A DNA stretch of 29,110 bases, taken from contig JBHLNZ010000041.1 of the NCBI GenBank assembly GCA_048941015.1, forward strand, positions 1 through 29,110. Direction: 5' to 3'. The position numbers and the translations under genes are program-made. Origin of the DNA: Promethearchaeota archaeon (GTDB lineage: Archaea; Asgardarchaeota; Lokiarchaeia; Sigyniarchaeales; SOKP01). How positions within the stretch are numbered: position 1 is the stretch's first letter; each line of letters begins with the position of its first letter. The notes under the pieces were generated by a model. The model did no database searches and was not told the DNA's origin. It was given only the letters and a program-made list of their open reading frames with translations. This document shows positions 1 through 10,103 of this stretch, piece by piece.

Positions 1-60
1 CCCTAAAATAGAAATATCATGAATTCCTTTAAAACTAAAACCGGAGTGTCATAATTAAAT

Positions 61-1545
61 ATGAAAATTGAAGATACTATCGATACTTTTAATTCTTTAA
101 TAAGAAGACGAGGATTCATCTGGGGCCCATCGCCAGAGATATATGGCGGATTAGCGGGATTTTATTCGTATGGTCCAGCAGGAACAGCGTTAAAAAATAA
201 TATCTTATCGTTATTCAGGAAAGAGTTGCGCTTATTTGGATTTGGTGAAGTTGAATGCCCTACTATAATGCCAGAAATAGTTTGGAGAGCCTCAGGACAT
301 TTAGATCGTTTTATTGATCCTGTTATAAGATGTAATAAGTGTGATACATTATATAGGGTTGATAATTTACTTAAAGAACTATTACCTGACCAAAAAATTG
401 ATGGATTATCATTTAATAAGATGCAAGAACTTTTTGATAAATATAATTTAAAATGTCCTAAATGTGATAATACTTTAGGTAAAATTGAAGAATATAATTT
501 AATGTTAAAAACTAAGGTTGGAGATAATATAACCGCATACTTAAGACCAGAGACAGCAACTACAACTTATTTATTATTCAATAGATTAGATAAAGATTCA
601 CGAAGGCAATATCCTATTAAAATATTTCAATATGGTAAAGCTTATAGGAATGAAATATCCCCAAGACAACAAGTACTTCGTATGAGATCATTTGATCAGT
701 TTGAACTACAATTATTTATTGGAAAAGAACAAGAAATGGATTTCGAGGAATATGATGAAATTAAAGAAACTTCTTTACCCCTTCTGGATTGGAAAATGCA
801 AGAGAAAGGGAATAACAAACCAAAATTTGTTAAACTTGAAAACGCAGTTAGCAATGGAATACTTAAAAAGCCAGCTTTTGCTTATTGTTTATATCTAGGA
901 TATTATTTAACGATGAAATTAGATTTTCCTAAAAATCTAATAAGGTTAAGGCAACACTCTCGCAATGAAATGGCCCATTATGCTGATGATGCATGGGATT
1001 TAGAAATTTTAACCAAACAATTTGGATGGGTCGAAATTTGCGGAATTCATGACAGAACAGATTATGACCTTAAACAACATGGAGAATTTGCGAAACAGAA
1101 CTTTGCCATTCCAATGGGATCTGATTTAAAACAAAAAGAGATTCCTCAAATACTAGAAATTGCATTTGGACCAGACAGAATTATTTATACACTACTTGAA
1201 ACGACATTTAAAGTTGAAGATGATAGAATTGTATTAAAATTAAAAAAAGACTTAGCCCCTAATACTGTTGCTACTTTTCCTTTGGTCAGAAATAAAAAAG
1301 AAATTGTAAGATTAGCAAAAAACGTCCATAAATTACTCCTTGATAATAAAATTATCTCTTTTTATGATTCGGCAGGATCAATTGGGAAAAGATATCGGAG
1401 ACAAGATGAGTTAGGAACTCCGTATTGTGTAACAATAGACTATGAATCTTTAGAAGATGATTCTGCTACCATAAGATATAGAGATTCAATGGAACAAATA
1501 AGAGTAAAAATATCAGAGATTCCGAACTTTATTAGTAAAAATTAG
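61..1545 (+). CDS. glyS: Glycine--tRNA ligase, archaeal/eukaryotic alpha2 type
   Basis: Class II aaRS motifs EIYGGLAGFYSYGP, YLRPETA, GKAYRNEISPR, EIAFGPDR; GWVEICGIHDRTDYDL; CxxC...CxxC insertion; C-terminal anticodon-binding domain GSIGKRYRRQDELGTPYCVTID. Confidence 0.96.
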   Translation: MKIEDTIDTFNSLIRRRGFIWGPSPEIYGGLAGFYSYGPAGTALKNNILSLFRKELRLFGFGEVECPTIMPEIVWRASGHLDRFIDPVIRCNKCDTLYRVDNLLKELLPDQKIDGLSFNKMQELFDKYNLKCPKCDNTLGKIEEYNLMLKTKVGDNITAYLRPETATTTYLLFNRLDKDSRRQYPIKIFQYGKAYRNEISPRQQVLRMRSFDQFELQLFIGKEQEMDFEEYDEIKETSLPLLDWKMQEKGNNKPKFVKLENAVSNGILKKPAFAYCLYLGYYLTMKLDFPKNLIRLRQHSRNEMAHYADDAWDLEILTKQFGWVEICGIHDRTDYDLKQHGEFAKQNFAIPMGSDLKQKEIPQILEIAFGPDRIIYTLLETTFKVEDDRIVLKLKKDLAPNTVATFPLVRNKKEIVRLAKNVHKLLLDNKIISFYDSAGSIGKRYRRQDELGTPYCVTIDYESLEDDSATIRYRDSMEQIRVKISEIPNFISKN

Positions 1546-1668
1546 AGCAAATTAAATGTTAAAATATCTTAAAATATCAGAGATTTCCAGAAAAAAATTT
1601 TAAAGAGAAGAAAATTTTTTTTAAGAATACAACTTTTAATTAAAAATAATTTTGATAGCTTTAAAGAT

Positions 1669-4437
1669 TTGAATATGAATTCTATTAATTCGTTTCTTTT
1701 CAAAATAAAAAGAGAACATAAGAAAAATCAGGTTAAAAAATTATTTTGTCTAAGTCTTATTTTTATTTTAATAATTAATTTTTTCTACATTTTTAATAAT
1801 TTTTCTCAAATTTCTAACAATTTAACTCAAAATCCAATTTCAGATAAAAAAAATGATATTCAGACACCTAGTTTATCAGCAGATCCTACATTATTTCAAG
1901 ATCCTTTTACTATAAATTTTGATAAAATATGGGAGTTTTTCGATACTAATTTTCTTTCAGATTTAGGATTAGATGTAAATACTTATTTTCGAAATGGAGA
2001 CAATGTTGGTACTATAACAGATGATATAGTATATCCAGTTGATAATTTATATCTCTATAACACTTTTTTGAAAGGGGAAACTAGTGCGACTGAAATCTTT
2101 AATATATATCTGGATCTAAAAGATTCGATTTTATGGTATAATAGTAGCACTGGTCAATATAATTATGGTTTTGTAGGATCAGTTGATACAAGCACTGGAA
2201 GTGTTTTTGATTCTAAGAGGTATTTAATTGATAATTTAATGCCAATTTTTCTTTTAATTGAAAATATTGGAGACGAAATTGCAACTCCCATAAATGGAAT
2301 TTATCCACAAGATTCAATAGAAGAGATATTTAACTTAATTAATTCAGATCAATTTTATGATATCTATAATAAAGGTTTTTCTCACTACAATACTAGCGAT
2401 TTTTCAGAAGAAAAATTTACCGAAAGTAATTTATATGCAATTTTAGCAACCCTACAAATTCGTCATCTCTATGAAGATTTAGGTTTAAATTCTACGGTTA
2501 AAGATCGAGCTTATGAATTAGCAAATTTGACAATGGAGGTTCTATTAGATAAGATGTGGGATAATGATGCAATTGGTTTTGACTTTAAGGCATATAGTGA
2601 CTGGAATAATATCGGTTTATCGGGTGGACAATATAAATGTCTTAGTGTAAATGCATTAGGGATAACTACGTTATTAGAATATTGGCTTGAGACCGGTAAA
2701 AATAATAATTCTTTATTAGATAAGGCTGTTTCTCTTTATAATAAAATTAATCAATCCCTATGGACAACTAATGGCTTTAAAAATTATAGTGACCCAACCT
2801 GGGACAATTTGGGTGATGCTAGAATTGATATAGATTCAAATTCTTTAATGATGAAAGCTTGCTTAAGATTGTTTGAATTAACGGGAAATTATACGTATTA
2901 CAACCAAGCTATGTTTATTCATAAAGTTTTTGAGAGAGATTTTTACGATGGGGCGGTTAATGCTTATGATACTTCATTTACCGATGATTCTAAAAATTTT
3001 GCAGCAAACATGAAATTGATTGATTCATATTTAAAAGCTTTTGAAATCTATAGTAGTTCATATTTAAACTCTAACTATAATGTCACTGAAGATGTTCCTA
3101 ATATTATTTTTAATCAAGAAACTCTGAATATTTCAAGTACTTATTCAATTCAAAAAAATAATACTTATTATAATACGACCACAAATTCATATGAAGATTT
3201 AAAGTTAAATTATACCATAATATCGGCAGATATTACATATATATTCAAGCATCCAAATGGTACCATCTTTTATACTCAAGTAAAACAGATAGTTGATAAT
3301 AATACAATTTTGACGTATAACATTAATGATAGCCTACCAATTGGAGATAATTATAAATTATATATCTATGCTAATACTACATTTTTTAGTACAGCTCAAA
3401 ATTTAAAACTTTTTAACGTTACATCTGGATTAGTAGCAAATCCAATACTTGGTTTACCTTCCACGGTTTACCAAGGACCCGTTTATAACATCACCTTACC
3501 AATAAATAATACTCGTGATTCTAATGTAACTCTTACGGTAGCTATGGAAGGAGATGATATAGAGAATGATGTTCAAATAATAGAATTTGATAATTTAGTT
3601 TTAACGAATGTTAGCTTTAATTTGACTACTGAGCTTGATCCTGAAGTAGGAATCCATTCTTTAAATTTCACTTTCAAGGATGGTGATATATTATATTTAG
3701 AAATAATTAAACCAATTGAAATTGGATATTCTTTCGATTATTCAAATTTTTTCTATAAAAATAGAATAGTAAGTGGAGATAAACTCCCGATAACAATGAA
3801 TATTATTAACTTTCTACCAAATAGTACACAGTCACTTAATATTAGTTTTACAGGGGATTATATACAAGATCTACAAGAAGAATTAAATTTAAGTGAGAGT
3901 GAGATTAGAACTCTGAATTATAAATTAAATCTATCTGAAAACATTATTGATGAGGATATTGAGATAGAAATGAAAATATCTAAAGAAACTACAACTTATT
4001 ATAGTAAAACATTTCATGTTGAAATTCTACCTAAGTTTGAAATTATAAGCGCAAGTTTTCCCCTAATTATCTCACAAGGGCAAGGAGCTTACTTTATTAT
4101 GTTTATAAGAAATAATCAGGAATTTACAGAATCTTTTTCAATATATGTTAATGGCGTACAAAAAGCTGCTAATATTAATGGTTTAGCTCCCGGAGAGAAT
4201 AGAATTGAATTAAAGGTTACCCCGACTATTAATCCATATGATTTTCAATCAAAAACATACACATTTGAGCTTAAAGATAGTTCAGGGGAAACTATAGTTC
4301 TTAAATATTTTGAAGTCAGTATTAAACTATCCACATTCAATTTAATTATGTTTTATATTATTCCAATAATTTTACCGATTGGAATAGTTTTATTCTATAA
4401 AAATAAAGAATTAAAGCATAGATTATTAAGAAGATAA
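1669..4437 (+). CDS. Large membrane-anchored extracellular protein: putative (alpha/alpha)6 six-hairpin glycosidase-like domain, Ig-like beta-rich region, C-terminal TM
   Basis: N-terminal basic+hydrophobic segment (KKLFCLSLIFILIINFFYIF); repeated helical hairpins (KFTESNLYAILATL...MWDND..GF; NALGITTLLEYW...LW..NGF; NSLMMKACLRLFELTGNYTYYNQA); beta-rich C-terminal half; TM FNLIMFYIIPIILPIGIVLFY then basic tail; more than 20 N-x-S/T sequons. Start is TTG 1669 or ATG 1675. Confidence 0.7.
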   Translation: MNMNSINSFLFKIKREHKKNQVKKLFCLSLIFILIINFFYIFNNFSQISNNLTQNPISDKKNDIQTPSLSADPTLFQDPFTINFDKIWEFFDTNFLSDLGLDVNTYFRNGDNVGTITDDIVYPVDNLYLYNTFLKGETSATEIFNIYLDLKDSILWYNSSTGQYNYGFVGSVDTSTGSVFDSKRYLIDNLMPIFLLIENIGDEIATPINGIYPQDSIEEIFNLINSDQFYDIYNKGFSHYNTSDFSEEKFTESNLYAILATLQIRHLYEDLGLNSTVKDRAYELANLTMEVLLDKMWDNDAIGFDFKAYSDWNNIGLSGGQYKCLSVNALGITTLLEYWLETGKNNNSLLDKAVSLYNKINQSLWTTNGFKNYSDPTWDNLGDARIDIDSNSLMMKACLRLFELTGNYTYYNQAMFIHKVFERDFYDGAVNAYDTSFTDDSKNFAANMKLIDSYLKAFEIYSSSYLNSNYNVTEDVPNIIFNQETLNISSTYSIQKNNTYYNTTTNSYEDLKLNYTIISADITYIFKHPNGTIFYTQVKQIVDNNTILTYNINDSLPIGDNYKLYIYANTTFFSTAQNLKLFNVTSGLVANPILGLPSTVYQGPVYNITLPINNTRDSNVTLTVAMEGDDIENDVQIIEFDNLVLTNVSFNLTTELDPEVGIHSLNFTFKDGDILYLEIIKPIEIGYSFDYSNFFYKNRIVSGDKLPITMNIINFLPNSTQSLNISFTGDYIQDLQEELNLSESEIRTLNYKLNLSENIIDEDIEIEMKISKETTTYYSKTFHVEILPKFEIISASFPLIISQGQGAYFIMFIRNNQEFTESFSIYVNGVQKAANINGLAPGENRIELKVTPTINPYDFQSKTYTFELKDSSGETIVLKYFEVSIKLSTFNLIMFYIIPIILPIGIVLFYKNKELKHRLLRR

Positions 4438-4439
4438 AT

Positions 4440-6137
4440 ATGATAACTCTAAAAAAGAAAGAGAATTTCGGAAAATTAATAATAATTATAATTTTCATTA
4501 GCACAATATTTTTTTCCTCGTTATTCCTAATTAATGGTATTCAAGTTCAATCTTTTAATGAAGATGATGATTTTTTATTCAACTATAATTTAAAGACTGC
4601 ATCAAATGGCCAAGCTTTGCCATACGCATCTATTTATCAAAATTCTTCGTATGCTTTACGTTTATTTAATTCAATTTATTTTGAAATTAACACTTCTGTT
4701 TTTGTTGATGCAGATTACTCTATTTTACAACTGCATTTTTTAAATAATGAATTTAAAAATTATACCATGGAACATGAGACCGGAGCTAATTTTTCTTATA
4801 CTTATACCCCGGAATATGATGCACCTCGAGGTTTTTGTAATGTTAGTTTTTACATTTTTAATACCATTAACATTCAATTAAACTCTCACACCACCTTTGT
4901 TAACTTTACAATTGATAGTAATTACGTAACTTACATTGAGCATCCAGAATATAATCGAAACGATACAGTATACGGTGAATTGGAGATTGATAGCAGTTTT
5001 ACCTGGAATGTAACAATAGTAGATGATACAAATGAATCTCTGCAACAAAATTTATTTGATATTGGGAATAATATTAAATTCTTTTCCTTTAGAATAAATA
5101 ACTCTTTTACAGTATATGATCAATATTATTATGTTAAAGTGAACATGACTGATATCTCTCCTCCTAATAAAAGGGTTGCAACCTATATACCTTTTATGGT
5201 GCTAAACACTGTTCCTGAAATAGTTGTATCATCAATAAATTTTTCTAAACAAGAGATAAAACGAGCAGAAGATTGTACAATATCATTGAATGTTACTGAT
5301 AATGATTTAGAAACGTTCCCCGAAAATATCACAGTAAGGATGCTACTAACTGACTCCACAGGGCAATCACTTCCAGTAATCACCTTAACAAATAATAACG
5401 ACTGGAGCTTTTCAAATAATTTCTCAATAGATATTGATAAACCTATCGGGATTTATCAAGTTACTTTTGAAGCTGAAGACCAATATAGTGGCATTGGCTC
5501 ATATTCTACTTTAATCTCAATTAAAAATAATTTTCCTGAAATTCATGGATTTACTATTAACGGATTATCGTTGAATGAAAGCATTTCAATTAATTATGGT
5601 GAAGATATCGTATTTAAGTTTAATATTTCAGACGTAGAAGATACTATCGCATATGTAACAGTTGGATTATTTAATGAAAATGAGGATTGGTATAATATAA
5701 CGATGCCTTATCAATCTGATATGGAACTTACAGTTCGTACAGAAGATTTAATAAGTGGTATTTGGGTGGTATATCTTTCTGTAACTGATATTGATGGTAA
5801 TACAACTTATATTACTGATAATTATGGTTTAGGCCCTAAAGAGATAAGAATTATACCTGATTTATTAGCACCTGTATTAATATGGCTTGTTTTATTTATT
5901 GGGTTATTAACTGGGATTTTAATTGGCATTGGGTTAACATATAGTAGATATAAATCCAAATTAACTGAATTTGAAAAACCAACCAAAAAGAAAGAGAAAA
6001 TTACCAAGAAAACTATTAAACCTAAGAAAATAAAGGAAAGTAGAGTTGAAATGGAATCATTAGAGGAAGAAGAACCCCTTGGTGAAGAAGAAATTAAAAA
6101 GCCTCCACAAAGGAAAATAAGAAGGAAACTAAGCTAA
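4440..6137 (+). CDS. Membrane-anchored extracellular protein with Ig-like repeats, C-terminal TM and K/E-rich cytoplasmic tail
   Basis: N-terminal TM/signal; repeated NxxPEI...I.(L/F)N(V/I)(T/S)D.(D/E) units; TM VLIWLVLFIGLLTGILIGIGLTY; highly charged tail; starts 2 nt after the upstream stop (co-transcribed). Confidence 0.7.
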   Translation: MITLKKKENFGKLIIIIIFISTIFFSSLFLINGIQVQSFNEDDDFLFNYNLKTASNGQALPYASIYQNSSYALRLFNSIYFEINTSVFVDADYSILQLHFLNNEFKNYTMEHETGANFSYTYTPEYDAPRGFCNVSFYIFNTINIQLNSHTTFVNFTIDSNYVTYIEHPEYNRNDTVYGELEIDSSFTWNVTIVDDTNESLQQNLFDIGNNIKFFSFRINNSFTVYDQYYYVKVNMTDISPPNKRVATYIPFMVLNTVPEIVVSSINFSKQEIKRAEDCTISLNVTDNDLETFPENITVRMLLTDSTGQSLPVITLTNNNDWSFSNNFSIDIDKPIGIYQVTFEAEDQYSGIGSYSTLISIKNNFPEIHGFTINGLSLNESISINYGEDIVFKFNISDVEDTIAYVTVGLFNENEDWYNITMPYQSDMELTVRTEDLISGIWVVYLSVTDIDGNTTYITDNYGLGPKEIRIIPDLLAPVLIWLVLFIGLLTGILIGIGLTYSRYKSKLTEFEKPTKKKEKITKKTIKPKKIKESRVEMESLEEEEPLGEEEIKKPPQRKIRRKLS

Positions 6138-6233
6138 GAAATTAATATAATACTACAATGAAATGCATTTTGACCGAATAAAGATAATATCTATACTCAA
6201 TGCTTCCTAAAGTATGAATAATTTAATAATATT

Positions 6234-6244
6234 AAAAAAAAAAA
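6234..6244 (-). terminator. Oligo-T (T11 on the minus strand), candidate archaeal terminator for ftr
   Basis: A11 run on the + strand about 40 nt beyond the ftr stop; oligo-T tracts are the established archaeal intrinsic terminator signal. Confidence 0.4.
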
Positions 6245-6281
6245 TTATATAATACAAAAGAAAAATTATTTTTTTTCATTT

Positions 6282-7193
6282 TTAAGATAGTACTTCGTGT
6301 AAACGATATTGAAATTTCCCTAATTTTCCCCCATAATTACCAGCAGAGATGCGATTTACACCTGGTACTTTCACGGCAGCATGAATCCCTAATTTCATTG
6401 CCTGTTTTATCGCATCTTCAGTAGCTGCATCATAAATAAGCTCATAAACACAATTATCCTTTTCTTGTAATTGGGAATTTTCAATCTTCCCTCTTAGTGT
6501 TGGACAGAGAGGATCATTTGTTGATGCGTTCAGGAAACTATATTTTGAACCCACTTTCGAACCAGATCGAGCGATACCTCCAGGGAATGGGGCAATTACA
6601 TTTTCAATATCCTTCATTGCGTCTACAGCAGCTTCAGCAGCTTTTAAACCTGCTTCTTGGCTCTCTGCTAGAATTAAAAAGTTACCACCAGCAATTCCTT
6701 TTCCAACCTTAAAATTACTCTGCACTATAAACTCTCCATCCATAACCGGAATTTTCCATGCTTCAAAAGGATATTTACCTTCTATTTTCTCTTCAAATTT
6801 ATCTCCAAAGAATTTGAGTTTATATCCTGTTTTTATTTCAAAATCCTTCTCAGGATCGACAGAACAGTTCATTGTATCGAAACAAGCAGTTGTTGGGCAA
6901 GTAAGAATACACTGACCAATTCGATTTAATAATACATTATCCATTTCATCTTTTTTTGTTTTAAAAAACATTAAAGCAACTCCAGGGCGCTTATCTGGAG
7001 TTTTTTCAGAAGGAAGAAAAACGTCGATTCCTGCTTCAGAATCACAATGAATTGTCGAGGTTCCATAACCTGTAGCAATTTGTGCTGCGATTTTTGCCCA
7101 TTTTTCGTTTTTTGCTGTGATTAATATTCGTGTAAATACAGCTCCAAATGCTTCGCAAAAAGTATCTTCAATTTCTACTCCATTTAACTGCAT
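6282..7193 (-). CDS. ftr: Formylmethanofuran--tetrahydromethanopterin N-formyltransferase
   Basis: MQLNGVEIEDTFCEAF, TPDKRPG, RIGQCILTCPTTACF, GIAGGNFLI, PFPGGIARSGSKVGSKY, ISAGNYGGKLG; ATG at 7193 preferred over the TTG at 7238. Confidence 0.96.
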   Translation of the reverse strand: MQLNGVEIEDTFCEAFGAVFTRILITAKNEKWAKIAAQIATGYGTSTIHCDSEAGIDVFLPSEKTPDKRPGVALMFFKTKKDEMDNVLLNRIGQCILTCPTTACFDTMNCSVDPEKDFEIKTGYKLKFFGDKFEEKIEGKYPFEAWKIPVMDGEFIVQSNFKVGKGIAGGNFLILAESQEAGLKAAEAAVDAMKDIENVIAPFPGGIARSGSKVGSKYSFLNASTNDPLCPTLRGKIENSQLQEKDNCVYELIYDAATEDAIKQAMKLGIHAAVKVPGVNRISAGNYGGKLGKFQYRLHEVLS

Positions 7194-7372
7194 TTTTATA
7201 CAACTTCTTTTTGAATTAGAATTACTTTTTAAAACCAAATTTTATTTTTAATTTTTAATAGAGTGTAATAATATATATAAAATTTTTAAGATAGGAAAAC
7301 TAAAAATTTTAATTAATTATCAATTTACAAAATTCAATAAATTTTTCTTAATGATTCTCAATAATTTAGAAG

Positions 7373-8227
7373 ATGACGAATATGAGCGAAGATAAAATAT
7401 TAAAAATCGGTATTTTAAAAAATGGTACTATTGGTTCTTCACTCTTACTAGCATTTTTAATGGATGAGAGAGCTGAAGCAACAAGATTGAGTGTACGTGA
7501 AGTTACCTCTGGTGCTAAGATGCACCCACCAGAAGAATGCATTGATACTATGAAAAAACTATTAGAATTTAAACCCGAATTAATTTTAATGTCGAGTCCT
7601 AACGCGGCTTTAAAAGGGCCAATGGCTGCAAGAGAAATGGCTAAAGAAGCAGGGATTCCTACGATTGTCATTTCTGATGCTCCAGCAAAAAAAGCGGTTG
7701 ATGAAATAAAAGAGAAAAATATGGGATATATCCTTGTAAATTGCGATAGTATGATTGGTGCAAGAAGACCTTTTTTAGATCCTATTGAAATGAGTTGTTT
7801 TAATTCAGATTTATTAAAAGTTTTAGCTATTACAGGGTCACTTCAAGTAATAAGTGAAGAATTGAATAAAGTAATAATTGACATGTTAGAAGGTAAAGCA
7901 CCAGTATTACCACAAATCATCATTGAAGCTACTACCGCAGTTAAAGCTGCAAAGTTTGCAAACCCTTATGCTGAAGCCAAAGCAATCGCTGCATTTGAAT
8001 TAGCTGCTTCGGTATCAAAGGTTACTTCCAAAGCTTGCTTCGTACTTAAAGAGAGAGATGAATATATGCCCCTATTAGCAGCAGCTCATGAAATGATGAG
8101 GACAGCAGCTTTAATGTGTGGTGAGGCAAGAGAAATAGAAAAGAAAAACGACACTGTTCTTCGAACACCTCATCATGCTAAACAAAATATGCTAATTAAG
8201 AGAGCACTTCATGAAAAAGAGCAATAA
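7373..8227 (+). CDS. mtd: F420-dependent methylene-H4MPT dehydrogenase
   Basis: KIGILKNGTIG, LMDERAE, TSGAKM, SPNAALKGP, DSMIGARRPFLDPIEM, AAAHEMMRTAA, AREIEK..D.V.RTPH; start could be ATG 7382. Confidence 0.95.
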   Translation: MTNMSEDKILKIGILKNGTIGSSLLLAFLMDERAEATRLSVREVTSGAKMHPPEECIDTMKKLLEFKPELILMSSPNAALKGPMAAREMAKEAGIPTIVISDAPAKKAVDEIKEKNMGYILVNCDSMIGARRPFLDPIEMSCFNSDLLKVLAITGSLQVISEELNKVIIDMLEGKAPVLPQIIIEATTAVKAAKFANPYAEAKAIAAFELAASVSKVTSKACFVLKERDEYMPLLAAAHEMMRTAALMCGEAREIEKKNDTVLRTPHHAKQNMLIKRALHEKEQ

Positions 8228-8268
8228 ATACCTAAAATTTTTACAAATTCTTATTTTTTTTAAATATT

Positions 8269-9222
8269 TTAGAAATTTGAATTATTTAGAAATTGTTTCA
8301 AATTTTCAAAATCTTTTCCATTTAAAACATTTAAAACGGAATTAAAAATTTCATTCTTCTTGTTTTTAGTGACTGCCATTAAAACAGAACCATTACTTAC
8401 TTCTTTAACTAAAATATAGTTATTATCACTTTCATAAATCACTGTTGATAATTCTAATGGAGAAACACTTGAATTTAGGAGATCCATTACTTTAGTGAAG
8501 ATTTGGTACACATTTGAATCTAGTGTCCCAATCTCGAATTTCATAAATTGTAGGGGTTTAATTTCTACTTTTCCTAAAGTAGAAGCAATTAACAATCCAT
8601 CTGGCTGATTAAATAATAAATATTCAGATAAAGTATTTACTTTTAATTGATCTAATAAATGCCTTATTTTTCCAAGCTTTTGAAGGGCTAAGGTGTTTTG
8701 TTGAATTTCGTAATCTAAAATCTCAATAAGTCTATGTTGGGCACTTCCTTCCTTAACTGAAACTGGAGTAAATGCGATTCTTTCTTTTATATCCTCTGAA
8801 AGACCATTTATTAAAATTTCATATAGCTTATCTTCTCTTGAGTCTTGCAGGTCAATCTTATTTAATAAAACATAGACTTTTTCCATTTTTGGACTAAATT
8901 CAAAGATATATTTTAAAAATTTTTCAAATATTTCTTTTACTCGCTCTTCAATAACAGTTGAATCTACCATAAATATTGCAGTGGTTACTTCTGAAAATAT
9001 CAGTTCTCGTCTTTCTTCAGAAAAATACTGTTCCATATACCGTTCCTGTCCTCCTGCATCCCAAACATTAAGTTCCATAATACCTCTAAAAATAAAATTT
9101 TCTCTAGAAATACCTTTTGTCGGTTTGAGATTCAATACTTTCATGAAATTATATCCCAAACAAGTAGTTCTCATAAGACTTGTTTTACCTGCATTTTGTG
9201 GACCAAATAATAATATTTTCAT
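8269..9222 (-). CDS. RagA/Gtr1-like small GTPase with C-terminal roadblock-like domain
   Basis: G1 GPQNAGKT, G2 KPT, G3 VWDAGGQ followed by Rag-typical YMEQYF...IFSEV, G4 NKID, G5 VSVK; C-terminal region YLLFNQPDGLLIAST...YILVKEV..GSVLMAVT of roadblock type. Confidence 0.85.
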   Translation of the reverse strand: MKILLFGPQNAGKTSLMRTTCLGYNFMKVLNLKPTKGISRENFIFRGIMELNVWDAGGQERYMEQYFSEERRELIFSEVTTAIFMVDSTVIEERVKEIFEKFLKYIFEFSPKMEKVYVLLNKIDLQDSREDKLYEILINGLSEDIKERIAFTPVSVKEGSAQHRLIEILDYEIQQNTLALQKLGKIRHLLDQLKVNTLSEYLLFNQPDGLLIASTLGKVEIKPLQFMKFEIGTLDSNVYQIFTKVMDLLNSSVSPLELSTVIYESDNNYILVKEVSNGSVLMAVTKNKKNEIFNSVLNVLNGKDFENLKQFLNNSNF

Positions 9223-9426
9223 CAGAAGTATACTCTTGAAAATAAGTTTAATTTATTTTATCATCTAATATATTCTTTATAAATTATTCTTTATTTAATT
9301 TTTTCTAATTATTATAAGGTTAATTGAGCTTTACTAAAAATTATAGTTTTGACGATTCAATTAAATATAATTTTTAATTAACTTAATTAAAAAAGATATT
9401 TAAAAAAATACTTAAAATGATTTGAA

Positions 9427-9954
9427 ATGGATTTAGAACAATATATCAGAAACGTACCAGATTGGCCTAAACCTGGTATTCAATTCAAGGACGTCACAAC
9501 TTTAGCAAAATCATATTCAGCATTTAAGGAATCATGTGATAAGATTATAGAATCTTATAAAGATAAAGGAATAACAAAAGTAGCAGCTATAGAGGCACGT
9601 GGCTACGTCTGGGGCGGTGTTATCGCTTATCAATTAGAAGCTGGCTTTATTTTGATAAGAAAGCCTGGAAAATTACCATATAAAACTCTGAGCGAAACTT
9701 ACGAGCTTGAATATGGGTCTGATACGATTGAGATGCATATTGATGCAATTGAAAAAGGTGATAAAGTTTTATTATTTGACGATTTATTAGCTACAGGTGG
9801 TACTGCTAAAGCAGCAACAAAATTAATCGAAAAAGCAGGAGGCGTAGTTGAAGGTATTGCATTTATTATTGAACTTACAGGAAGCTTACATGGAAGAGAC
9901 AAGCTGCAGGGTTATGAGGTTATGTCTTTAATCGAAATTCCAGTAGAAGAATAA
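9427..9954 (+). CDS. apt: Adenine phosphoribosyltransferase
   Basis: IRNVPDWPKPGIQFKDVT, IEARGY, IRKPGKLP, YELEYG, PRPP loop LLFDDLLATGGT. Confidence 0.96.
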   Translation: MDLEQYIRNVPDWPKPGIQFKDVTTLAKSYSAFKESCDKIIESYKDKGITKVAAIEARGYVWGGVIAYQLEAGFILIRKPGKLPYKTLSETYELEYGSDTIEMHIDAIEKGDKVLLFDDLLATGGTAKAATKLIEKAGGVVEGIAFIIELTGSLHGRDKLQGYEVMSLIEIPVEE

Positions 9955-10103
9955 CTATATGAAACTTTTTATATATTTTCTTATTTTTTCCTATATACCC
10001 ATTTTTTTCCCCAACCTTTCCCTCTTGATATCTTTTAGTCTGAAAATTTAAATAATTCTCTGTACTTTATCCTCACAGTATAAATAATAAGACTTTAATT
10101 GGT

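Noticed and set aside
9955-10103. Glycine riboswitch upstream of gcvT
   Set aside because: No GGAGA/CCGAAG/CUCUCAGG-type conserved elements and no GC-paired stems
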